In this document: one piece after another, positions 47,355 through 56,236 of the stretch | Numbering within the stretch: the stretch's first letter is position 1 | Layout: each line of letters starts with the position of its first letter | Origin: Nanobdellati archaeon | GTDB taxonomy: Archaea; B1Sed10-29; JAGVWA01 | Assembly (NCBI GenBank): GCA_018304505.1 | Contig: JAGVWA010000004.1 | Location: 1-56,236 of the forward strand | DNA: 56,236 bases | Direction: 5' to 3' | The notes under the pieces: model-generated | What the model saw: the letters and a program-made list of their open reading frames with translations, nothing else | Told to the model about the DNA's origin: nothing | Databases searched by the model: none | Position numbers and translations under genes: made by a program

Positions 47355-49676
47355 ATGAGTACTATGCCTGATTTTGTGGGAAACTCACGAGAAGGTCTCA
47401 GCGTGCTGGGCAATGAATCAGAGGCCTATATCGGTAGAAGCAAAAGCATTCATCAGAGTTACGAGAAGGAGGGTGTGCTTTTGATGGGCAAGAGCGTCGA
47501 GCAGGAAAATTTTGGCAAGTTCACGTTCTTAGACGCAATAGCGCCGCACGTTGTCTTCGTGTGTGGGTCCCGTGGTTCGGGAAAATCTTACTCGCTAGGA
47601 ATCATGGCAGAAGAACTAACCCTGAAAAACCCAAACGTGGCTTGCGTTATCATTGACCCAATAGGCGTTTTCTGGAGCATGAAATACGCTAACAAGGACG
47701 AGAATGAGCTCAATGACTTAGTACAGTGGGGCTTAGAGCCAAAGGGCATTGAAAAGACCCAGATATTCATGCCGCAAGGCATCAAGGAAAAACTGCCAAA
47801 GGACACATTTGACAAGCGCTTTTCTATAAGGCCTAGCGAATTGACAGTAGACGAGTGGTGCCTCACCTTTAACCTTGATAGGTTCTCGCCAGGCGGATTG
47901 TTGCTTGACAAGGCAATAGAAAAAACCCGTGAGAAACACAGCAATGAATTCTCCCTCGATGATTTAATAAGCCTAATAGAAAAAGACAAAGACCTGACGA
48001 GCAAAGACAGAGGGTACAAAACCGATACGCGCAGATCTCTAATTTCAAGATTCGAAGCTGCAAAAACATGGGGTGTGTTCAGCAAAGACGGAACGCCATT
48101 GGCTGACATTTGCAAAGAAGGCTACGTCTCGGTCATCGACATATCATTCCTCGAGGAAAACGTTGCAAGTCTCGTCATCGGTATCTTGGCCAGAAAGATT
48201 CTGGCAGCGCGCAAACTAGTAACCAGAAAGGCCGCAATGTCAAGTTACACAGTTGATGAAACTATGGGTATGGATGAGCTATTGAATTCAGAAATCCCAC
48301 CGACATGGCTGTTCATTGATGAGGCCCACACGCTGATCCCAAGTGGAACTGGAAAAACAGCAGCAACAGACTCGCTCATAGAATACGTAAAACAGGGTAG
48401 GCGGCCAGGCTGTTCCTTAGTGTTTGCTACCCAGCAGCCAAGCGCCATCGACACCAGGGTCCTGTCGCAACTCGATATATTGCTCTGCCATAAGCTGGTT
48501 TTTGATGAAGACCTGAAGGCTGTAATGAAGAGGATGCCGACACTGTTGCCAAAGGAGTACGAACGCTCGCGTTTTATCAAAACATTGCCGGTTGGCATCG
48601 CGCTTGTCGGGGACCGGTCAGAAAGCACAAGCCGGGCGTTCTGCGTCAAGATCAGGCCGAGGTTTTCACAGCATGAAGGCAGGGAAACTCGGACAATTGA
48701 ACTTGATGAAAAAATCAGCGCTGCACAGCTTCAAGAAATTGTCATCGCGATGATAATGAAGAAGCTCGGAGAGCAGGGAAAACTGAGGCTTGCCCGTGTT
48801 GATTCAATAATCGATACCATGAAACGCCGATATAATGTTGAACTTGACCCTGATAAGATCATATCAACAGTAAAACAAAATGACGTGGAAGTGCTTGATG
48901 GCAGCCTAGTAATGGCGTCGCAATTACAAGAACAGGAACAGGAAGCCCAAGAAGAGGTACGGCAAATAGAAAAAGCGCAGGTGTTTACCCTGAACTTGAC
49001 GCAGGAAAGGGCAAACAAGATAGCTGAGAAGCAGAGAAAGAAAAAATCCCTCGGCGTGTTTGGAAAAGAGGAAAAGCTCCAAAGCCTTGAGCTGGTCTAT
49101 GAGCCAGTATACAAAATCGATTTTGAATTAAACACTGGCGACGGTTTCGTTAGGGAGCTGTCGATGTTCGTTGACTCAAACTATGAAATCATCACAAGGA
49201 CATCAAATGGGATTAAGCGAACAACTGACATGGAAAAAATAATAAACCTGAATGATAAGAAAACCAAAATACTGACAAGCCTCGAAAAGGCGCAGAAAAC
49301 CAAGGGCCAGCTGGCCAAGGACACAAAGCTGTCGTCACAGGTAATCTCAAGATACCTGAATGAGCTTGTTGAGCTAGAATTGATAAAGGCATCGGGTGAA
49401 AAAGGAAAGGAAAAATACGCGCTAACAAAGAAGCTTGACATTCCAAAAGCGGCAGACGCAAAGGAAATAATAAGCGTAAAAGACCTCGTGTCAGAGCAGG
49501 AGCCTAAGGCAATCAAGATTGAAAAAGCAGTCGTTGATGAAAAAACGCTGTCAAGGATCCCGGAACTCTTCGGCAGGGCAAAGGTAAAACAGGTAGAGCG
49601 GGCACTGCTTCCTGTGTACAAGGCCGCGTATTCAGACGGCGAAAAGACGCGAGTTTACAAATTTGATGGTGAATAA
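47355..49676 (+). CDS. HerA/DUF87-like ATPase with C-terminal wHTH region
   Basis: GSRGSGKS, IIDPIG, FIDEAH, QGRRPG..LVFATQQPS. Confidence 0.88.
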   Translation: MSTMPDFVGNSREGLSVLGNESEAYIGRSKSIHQSYEKEGVLLMGKSVEQENFGKFTFLDAIAPHVVFVCGSRGSGKSYSLGIMAEELTLKNPNVACVIIDPIGVFWSMKYANKDENELNDLVQWGLEPKGIEKTQIFMPQGIKEKLPKDTFDKRFSIRPSELTVDEWCLTFNLDRFSPGGLLLDKAIEKTREKHSNEFSLDDLISLIEKDKDLTSKDRGYKTDTRRSLISRFEAAKTWGVFSKDGTPLADICKEGYVSVIDISFLEENVASLVIGILARKILAARKLVTRKAAMSSYTVDETMGMDELLNSEIPPTWLFIDEAHTLIPSGTGKTAATDSLIEYVKQGRRPGCSLVFATQQPSAIDTRVLSQLDILLCHKLVFDEDLKAVMKRMPTLLPKEYERSRFIKTLPVGIALVGDRSESTSRAFCVKIRPRFSQHEGRETRTIELDEKISAAQLQEIVIAMIMKKLGEQGKLRLARVDSIIDTMKRRYNVELDPDKIISTVKQNDVEVLDGSLVMASQLQEQEQEAQEEVRQIEKAQVFTLNLTQERANKIAEKQRKKKSLGVFGKEEKLQSLELVYEPVYKIDFELNTGDGFVRELSMFVDSNYEIITRTSNGIKRTTDMEKIINLNDKKTKILTSLEKAQKTKGQLAKDTKLSSQVISRYLNELVELELIKASGEKGKEKYALTKKLDIPKAADAKEIISVKDLVSEQEPKAIKIEKAVVDEKTLSRIPELFGRAKVKQVERALLPVYKAAYSDGEKTRVYKFDGE

Positions 49677-49681
49677 AACAA

Positions 49682-52600
49682 ATGAAGAAGGAACTGCTTG
49701 CCCTATTGCTCCTTGTAGTAATCGGGTATGCTACAGTAACAGGAGTTACGGTTACTGGTTTGCAAGTCAGCTATCCGGTATCCGGCACGGTTAATTACAA
49801 TGTCACAGTTTCAAGCGATGCGACAGAGAACGTTTCATGTTTTACCAACATCACAGACTCAAATAGCAACACCATAAATACGATTTCAAATTACACCATA
49901 GAAACCACGCCAGGGCCCACGGTCTCGCAGCAGACTTACTCAATTTCAGGATCCCAGAAGGCGGGGATATACACTGTAACGGCAGTGTGTCAAATCCAAA
50001 ACGGACAAGAAACCTTCAACGTGTCACAAAACCACCAGGCTCCAGCCCAGGCAACAAACACCACGTCTGTTGTGCAGGACAAGGGCACCACGGCCTATGT
50101 CAACATCTCTGTGACGAACAACGCCAACTTTGATCAAACAATTGACTTGTCGAATGACTGTTCATTGTACACGGCCAACTTTACATGTGCCCTTGGCGCA
50201 AGCTCATTGGCAACAGCAGCCGGAGCAACAAATTCCACGACGCTGACAATTACAATCCCGACAAGCGCAACTGCGGGGTCAACAACGCTTAATTTGAACG
50301 CCACCAGCAACGTGAATTCGACGTCAAAAGACACGGATACAATAACAATAACAATAAACCCAAACAACACGTTCGACTTGGCGAATTATTCAAACCTAAA
50401 GACCGCAACCCCAGACGCGCCCGCGAGCTACAACATCACCATAAATAACACCGGCGAGGTACAGCAGGCATTTACCTTGAGCACTGTCCCGGATTCTGGA
50501 AATTTCCAGTGCGCGGTAGACGCTTCAAAGACAATAAACGCAGGGGCAAAGGACAACGTCACACTCACCGTTACCCCGTACCAGAACACGACCTTGAACG
50601 AGGAAGGCGACTGCATAGTAATAGTCATGAACCCATATTCAAAGCAGCGCAACATTACGTTAAGAATAAAGGTAACGAACTGGTACAACATAACCATTAC
50701 AGCGGTAAACGCGATAAGCAGCACATATTTTGGAAAAGCCAACGATTCAGCGTCATACAACTTCACTGTAAAAAACACGGGGAACTCCCAAGACACGATT
50801 TTAATAAAGGTTACTGCAGGCAGCTGGAACACCACGGTCAACAACGGAACAGCAACACTAATAAATTCAAACTCGACAAACTACACCAAAACGCTCGTCG
50901 CGGGGGCCACTGAAACAATACAAATGACGACCGACATTCCGCTGGGATCCACAACTGCAGAAAGCTCAGCAATAACAGTGTACGCAGAGTCAACAAACAA
51001 CCCGAGCAAGAACACCACAACCGCAGCAACCGTCAAGGTGGCACAGCTGGCCTTCACGCCGGTATTTGTTTTCGACAAGACAACAGAGAAGCTCAACGTC
51101 ACAATGTCTTCAGTTACAAAATCAGGGGTCGTATTAACGTCGGCTCAGGTAAGCTCAATAACTTATGACATGACTTACTCAAATGGCACAATTGCCCAAT
51201 CATCAACACTGACGTTCAACACCACAAAACAGATCGACATGTCTGTTGATGCTACGTGGCCATCTGGCAATTACACATTTAACATAACAGTAATAGACAC
51301 AAACAACGACAACAAGACGCAACTTAGTGGCATCCGCGTTGCGAGATCCGTGTCTGGGGGTATAACCGCAACAGCCATTGGCGGCGCAGTGCCTGGTGGG
51401 AACTACACACCAGTCGTCATAACCAGCAAATACGACTACGGCGAGTTCTTCACGCCAACATTGACGTCTCCTCTTGGTGCGTGTAGTTTGTCATTATTTG
51501 ATGGCTCAACACACACATTCACGTGCTCTGTTGGCAGCGTGTCCAGTGGCGACTACAATGTCACTTTATCATCTGTAAAATCAGATTGCGCAAGGTTCAA
51601 CGCGACATGTACATTCACGCCCACGCTGAGTGTAACAGATTATGCCACGGTGTCAGTACAAGCGACAACAACAAGCACAACACAGCAAACTACGCAGCAG
51701 CAAGCGGCAACAAATACAACTACGGCAGCAGCAACCACTACCACGACAACAGCTGGGGACTCGACAGAAACCACTGAGGAAACCATTGTGTCGAGCAAGG
51801 ACATCAATGTCTCGGAGTTTGTCACCGAGTTCTTTACAGAGGAGAACACAGTCTTCATTTTCACTGTTGAGAACAACGCAGATGCTACGCTGAATGTTTC
51901 CTTGTCTGCTGAGGAAAATTCAGATTACCTCAACTTGGATTTCAGTTGGGACTCGAATAATTCGCTCGAGGCAAACTCATCACAAGAGCTGCAACTTGTG
52001 GTAAAACCAAGGCAATATGCGAAGCCTGGAACGTATAATGCAACGGTGAACATCAACGGCATTGAAAAGAACATCACGTACACTGTAATGAAACCAGCTG
52101 ATGGAAACCAAGTCCATAGGTATGTCGAACTGCCAAAGAACCTGTCAGAGCCGGTAGTGTATTTGAGAATTGAGAACAATGGCACGGTGACGCAGAACAT
52201 CACAATAACTGAGAACATTTCAAAGGACTACGCAAACCACACAGACTTCATTGAATTCATGTCAGATCACCCATACACAATAATTCAAGAGGATCCGGTA
52301 ATCCAGTGGAACGTGCTCTTGGATGTTGGAAACGCGACTGAGATCGCTTACAGGATAAAGAACCTTACACTACAAAATGACACGCTGGAATTCATAGACC
52401 CCGAGCTTTTGTCTGTTGACATCGACACCACCGTGCCTGCCTCTTTCCTGGATGAGTTTTTGGCGCACTGGCAATGGTACATACTGTTCTTTGGAGTTTT
52501 CATTTTGCTGGCTGCCTGGATAATACAAGGGCAGGGGGCTTATGATTTCAAGCCCGCAACTAGGTCATTCACGCGCAAATTCAGCAATGCCGTCGATGGC

Positions 52601-52846
52601 ATGTGGGATAAACTTCGGCCCAAGCCAAGAATCACTAGGGCGCACGACATGGCAAACAAGCCTGTTGTGTTGGCAAGGTTCAAACCAGTCGACAGCAAGC
52701 CGGCATTAGGCCATGGAAAAATCGCTATGATTGAAAGAAAACCAGAGAAGCAAGTGGAACACAGGCCCAAATTGCCACAGCATCATGTTCCGAATTCATC
52801 AACGCCAACCTTAGACAGCCTGATAAAACGGGCAAAGAAAAACTAA
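49682..52846 (+). CDS. Large membrane-anchored surface (S-layer/adhesin-like) glycoprotein
   Basis: Signal peptide, Ig-like N.TG repeats, many N-x-S/T sequons, Thr-rich linker, TM WYILFFGVFILLAAWII. Confidence 0.85.
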   Translation: MKKELLALLLLVVIGYATVTGVTVTGLQVSYPVSGTVNYNVTVSSDATENVSCFTNITDSNSNTINTISNYTIETTPGPTVSQQTYSISGSQKAGIYTVTAVCQIQNGQETFNVSQNHQAPAQATNTTSVVQDKGTTAYVNISVTNNANFDQTIDLSNDCSLYTANFTCALGASSLATAAGATNSTTLTITIPTSATAGSTTLNLNATSNVNSTSKDTDTITITINPNNTFDLANYSNLKTATPDAPASYNITINNTGEVQQAFTLSTVPDSGNFQCAVDASKTINAGAKDNVTLTVTPYQNTTLNEEGDCIVIVMNPYSKQRNITLRIKVTNWYNITITAVNAISSTYFGKANDSASYNFTVKNTGNSQDTILIKVTAGSWNTTVNNGTATLINSNSTNYTKTLVAGATETIQMTTDIPLGSTTAESSAITVYAESTNNPSKNTTTAATVKVAQLAFTPVFVFDKTTEKLNVTMSSVTKSGVVLTSAQVSSITYDMTYSNGTIAQSSTLTFNTTKQIDMSVDATWPSGNYTFNITVIDTNNDNKTQLSGIRVARSVSGGITATAIGGAVPGGNYTPVVITSKYDYGEFFTPTLTSPLGACSLSLFDGSTHTFTCSVGSVSSGDYNVTLSSVKSDCARFNATCTFTPTLSVTDYATVSVQATTTSTTQQTTQQQAATNTTTAAATTTTTTAGDSTETTEETIVSSKDINVSEFVTEFFTEENTVFIFTVENNADATLNVSLSAEENSDYLNLDFSWDSNNSLEANSSQELQLVVKPRQYAKPGTYNATVNINGIEKNITYTVMKPADGNQVHRYVELPKNLSEPVVYLRIENNGTVTQNITITENISKDYANHTDFIEFMSDHPYTIIQEDPVIQWNVLLDVGNATEIAYRIKNLTLQNDTLEFIDPELLSVDIDTTVPASFLDEFLAHWQWYILFFGVFILLAAWIIQGQGAYDFKPATRSFTRKFSNAVDGMWDKLRPKPRITRAHDMANKPVVLARFKPVDSKPALGHGKIAMIERKPEKQVEHRPKLPQHHVPNSSTPTLDSLIKRAKKN

Positions 52847-52848
52847 CG

Positions 52849-53010
52849 TCAAGTGGAGCGTTTTTTTCTGTATTCAAAGACTATGCTGTCGAGTTTCTCG
52901 CCCATGTCTCCGCTGAAATCGTCAAGCAGTTTTCCATGCGCATCAAGAAAGGCGAGGCCCACTGTTGTGCCAGGATCAATGCCAATAATGATCGGTTTTA
53001 TTGTTACCAC
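52849..53010 (-). pseudogene. Truncated DUF460-like RNase H-fold fragment (53 aa)
   Basis: IIIGIDPGTTVGLAFLDAHGKLL followed by an early stop. Confidence 0.65.
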
Positions 53011-53047
53011 CTAAGTAATTTATAATCAAAAGGATTATTTAAGGCAT

Positions 53048-54790
53048 ATGAAGTTCTCAGAACTAGCTGATGGGCTTGAAAAGCTCGAGTCAACCTCGTC
53101 CCGGCTTGAAATGACGGACTTGCTAGCCGATGTTTTTAAAAAAGCAAAGCCGAATGAGCTGCAGAAGATAATCTACTTAATGCAAGGCAGGATAAGCCCT
53201 AGTTTCTCTAACCTTGAAATCGGCATGGGGGAAAAGATGGTGCAGCAGGCACTGGCGACCGCGTCTGGTTTTGATAAATCAAAAATCGAAAAGTTGTACA
53301 CGGAAAAGGGGGACCTGGGTCTTGTTGCAATGGAAGTAATGGGTGCAAGAAAACAATCCGCGTTGGCAAGGCGCGAATTGAGTGTTGATGATGTTTTTGA
53401 AAACTTTGTTAAAATCGCTACGGCTTCAGGCAGTGGGAGCCAGGAACTCAAAAAATCGCTATTGATCGACTTGTTCAATTCATCGAGCCATACAGAGGCG
53501 AAGTGGATCGCCAGGATTCCGACAGGGTCACTTAGGTTGGGGGTAGGCGAGCCCACAGTAATGGACGCCCTGAGCGTTGCGAAAAAGGGAGACAAGTCAC
53601 TCAGATATCAGTTAGAGGTTGCGTTCAATCAGTCCAGCGACCTCGGCTCATTGGCAAAGGCGTTCATGGAAAAAGGCGCCAAGGGAATTGAAAATTATTC
53701 AGTCAACCCAGGTTTTCCGATAAGGGCTGCGTTGGGTGAAAGAGCAGGAACAATAGAGGAGATAATGACCCGAATGAAAACGCCGCTAGTGGAGCCTAAA
53801 ATGGACGGCTTCAGGCAGCAGATACATAAAAAGGGAAACGAGGTGACGATTTATTCGAGGAAGCAGGAAAACATGACGCACATGTTTCCAGAAGTCGTCG
53901 CGTCAGTGAAAAAATTGAAAGCAAAAAACATCATCCTGGACGCCGAGGCCTTGGGGTACAATCCAAAGACTGGAAGTTACCTGAGCTTTCAGGAAACCAT
54001 TAAACGCAAGCGCAAATACGGCGTGACGGCCAAGGCAGAGGAGATGCCACTGCACGTCATGTGCTTTGACATCATGTACCTTGACGGTAAGGACTTAACA
54101 GGGAAACGGTTTTCAGAACGTAGGAAGATACTTGAAAAGCAAATTCTGAAAAATGATCCTGTATTGACAGTTATAGATCAACAAGAATTTAGGGATGCGA
54201 AGAGCCTCGAGAAATACTTTAAGGGCATTGTGAAAAAGAACATCGAGGGAATCATGGCCAAAAACCCCGAGCTGGAATACAAGGCCGGCAAGCGAGGATT
54301 CCACTGGATGAAGTACAAGCCTAGTTATGATGCCTCAAAAATGCGCGACACTGTTGATGCTGTCATAATCGGGTACTACAAAGGCCGCGGAAAGAGAACT
54401 GGTTTTGGCTTTGGAGGGCTGTTGACGGCGGTGTATGATGAAGATGATGATGAGTTCAAGAGCATTGCACGCGTAGGCAGTGGTTTTACAGAAGAGCAAA
54501 TGAGCGAGTTCAGCAACGCGCTGTCGAAAATAAAGGCCGCGAAGAAACCGGCAAGGGTTGACTCGGACATGGAGCCAGACGTCTGGGTTACCCCGAAGTA
54601 TGTTGTGACACTGATCGCGGATGAGATCTCATTATCGCCAGTGCACACGGCAGGTAGAGCACGGGGCAAGGGATATGCATTGCGTTTTCCGAGGATCGTT
54701 AGTGGGGGCGTGCGCATCGACAAGAATCCTGAACAGGCAACAACAGTCTCAGAGATAATGCGGATGTACAAGCAACAGCACACGAAGTAA
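53048..54790 (+). CDS. lig: ATP-dependent DNA ligase
   Basis: EPKMDGFRQQIH, ILDAE, FDIMY, EGIMAK, WMKYK, RVGSG, ALRFPR. Confidence 0.96.
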   Translation: MKFSELADGLEKLESTSSRLEMTDLLADVFKKAKPNELQKIIYLMQGRISPSFSNLEIGMGEKMVQQALATASGFDKSKIEKLYTEKGDLGLVAMEVMGARKQSALARRELSVDDVFENFVKIATASGSGSQELKKSLLIDLFNSSSHTEAKWIARIPTGSLRLGVGEPTVMDALSVAKKGDKSLRYQLEVAFNQSSDLGSLAKAFMEKGAKGIENYSVNPGFPIRAALGERAGTIEEIMTRMKTPLVEPKMDGFRQQIHKKGNEVTIYSRKQENMTHMFPEVVASVKKLKAKNIILDAEALGYNPKTGSYLSFQETIKRKRKYGVTAKAEEMPLHVMCFDIMYLDGKDLTGKRFSERRKILEKQILKNDPVLTVIDQQEFRDAKSLEKYFKGIVKKNIEGIMAKNPELEYKAGKRGFHWMKYKPSYDASKMRDTVDAVIIGYYKGRGKRTGFGFGGLLTAVYDEDDDEFKSIARVGSGFTEEQMSEFSNALSKIKAAKKPARVDSDMEPDVWVTPKYVVTLIADEISLSPVHTAGRARGKGYALRFPRIVSGGVRIDKNPEQATTVSEIMRMYKQQHTK

Positions 54791-54791
54791 T

Positions 54792-55817
54792 TCAGGAGTG
54801 GTATGGCCCGCCAGCATGTTTCTTCTTCAGCGCTTCTGCTTTTTCTGTTTGTATTTTTGATTTCTTTCTTGTAGGTGGAATGAGACGCTGTGTTTCTACG
54901 TCAAATCGCTCCTTGGCTGCCTCTCTTGCTTTCTTTTCAGCATCCAGCTGGCGTTTTGTCAACTGCATCTGGCGTTTATCAAGAATTGTGGCTTGCATGT
55001 ACGCGAGGTCTCCTTCCTTAGTTTTAATTGGAATGAAAACCCCACGGGGGGTCACTATTATTGGTCTAAGGCCAGGGGGGGTTAGGTCAAGGTGCCTTTT
55101 AACGCGCTGACTATGTAACGGGTCTACCTTTGCTGAAGTTCCCAGCTCTGGAGAAAATTCAGTTGGGGAGTTGATGGCTAGAACACTAACATTAGCGCGT
55201 CGATCTTTTAACAAATGATACGGCGCTGCATGGCCACCTAACCGGAGTGTTGAAGTCGCGATTGGCTCGAAAACAAGTTTGCCTTTAACCTTTCTAACTC
55301 TACCGCTTCCATGTGCTGCCCTCTTAGGGTCACCATGCTTTATGGCTTCTTGTAATTGGTCAGCAGTTTCTTGGTCTATGAACAGATCATTTGTAGGTGT
55401 GCGATCCCAGAACCGCCTTGCAGCAAGATTTTCAGTAGTAACGGTGTAGTTCTTTTGTTCGGTTCTTTTCCTAAATCCTTCCGGCATGCTTCTTAAGAGT
55501 TTATTCCGTTCTTCAATGATGAATTTGTATGGCTTGAAATCAGCATTGAATTTTTCATTGTACAAGTGGGTAAATGCATCAATGTAGTAAGTAGATTCGG
55601 CAGAGTTGTACTCTGTAGGGTTTCTAGCGAACTCTTGCGCTTTACGTCGAGCGATTTCAAAAACGCGCATTAGTTCTGGGTCGCCCTCTATTCGTGCAAT
55701 AGCGGCTTTATCTTGGATGAGCCGGTTGCCCGCGTTTATCAAGGCCTTGGCGTTAAGCCTTAATGTTTGTCTAATAAATTCTTGTTTGCGTTTTTTAGCT
55801 TGTGTCCCATTTGTCAT
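54792..55817 (-). CDS. Basic hypothetical protein
   Basis: 341 aa K/R-rich ORF with its own TATA box. Confidence 0.7.
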   Translation of the reverse strand: MTNGTQAKKRKQEFIRQTLRLNAKALINAGNRLIQDKAAIARIEGDPELMRVFEIARRKAQEFARNPTEYNSAESTYYIDAFTHLYNEKFNADFKPYKFIIEERNKLLRSMPEGFRKRTEQKNYTVTTENLAARRFWDRTPTNDLFIDQETADQLQEAIKHGDPKRAAHGSGRVRKVKGKLVFEPIATSTLRLGGHAAPYHLLKDRRANVSVLAINSPTEFSPELGTSAKVDPLHSQRVKRHLDLTPPGLRPIIVTPRGVFIPIKTKEGDLAYMQATILDKRQMQLTKRQLDAEKKAREAAKERFDVETQRLIPPTRKKSKIQTEKAEALKKKHAGGPYHS

Positions 55818-55900
55818 AAGGACTGTAATGAATCCTGTTTATAAAAAGATTTGCATAACGAAATGAAAAACCAGAAGAGGGGGTTGATGACGCGGCAAAT

Positions 55901-56236
55901 TTACTTGCCCGTCATGTACCTGATCGTGCTGATTGCCAAATTCGGGGTGCAGCCAGGATCATAGGCGAAGTACATTATCTTGCCGCCGAGGGGTGTTCCG
56001 CCTTCCACAATTCCGACTATGTCCTTTGGCGTTCCAGCACCAGTAATGCCTGACAGGAACGCGATGACCTTGCCGTTGCTGTTTGGCAGGGTCTCGATGA
56101 GTTGCAGGTCCCTGTTGCACGTTGGTTTATTCCTGACCTCGCCTAAGTTTAGGACTGGGAAATAACCTTTAGAGATCTGGTGATTGATGTCAGCTATTTG
56201 TATTGCTGGAGGTTGGTCTCCACTGCCTATCCTGAT
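55901..56236 (-). CDS. 3' end of a gene entering from the right edge
   Basis: Open frame ...GGKIMYFAYDPGCTPNLAISTIRYMTGK*. Confidence 0.65.
   Translation of the reverse strand: MRIGSGDQPPAIQIADINHQISKGYFPVLNLGEVRNKPTCNRDLQLIETLPNSNGKVIAFLSGITGAGTPKDIVGIVEGGTPLGGKIMYFAYDPGCTPNLAISTIRYMTGK

Noticed and set aside
53048-54790. Genome-wide GTA Val-to-Ser recoding
   Set aside because: GTA codons occupy conserved Val positions in DNA ligase.

Overview
Archaeal chromosomal window, probably from a DPANN-type lineage (inferred from divergent archaeal rRNA, bulge-helix-bulge [BHB] plus group I introns, and many lineage-specific ORFs). It holds a 16S-tRNA(Ala)-23S operon with five introns: three BHB introns and one group I intron in 16S, and one group I intron in 23S. 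Other RNA genes are RNase P RNA, an intron-containing tRNA-Arg(TCT) and an anomalous Ser-like tRNA with a Val (TAC) anticodon. Housekeeping genes include argS, lig, a dcd/dut-type enzyme, a DRG GTPase, a HemK-type methyltransferase, MC1, a histone-fold protein and a HerA-like ATPase. Accessory highlights: (1) 17 dispersed small, mostly acidic genes that all start Met-Trp, often downstream of large basic proteins with nuclease or protease motifs; (2) three radical SAM/SPASM clusters, each with an unannotated 44-48 aa candidate precursor peptide, two of them also with a PEP-utilising phospho-His domain; (3) a shuffled toxin-antitoxin/MW cassette array downstream of 23S, joined by copies of the rRNA processing-stem sequence and a tRNA 3' fragment; (4) a small hairpin element shared by RNase P RNA and a tRNA. 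All calls are by eye from motifs; no database searches were run.
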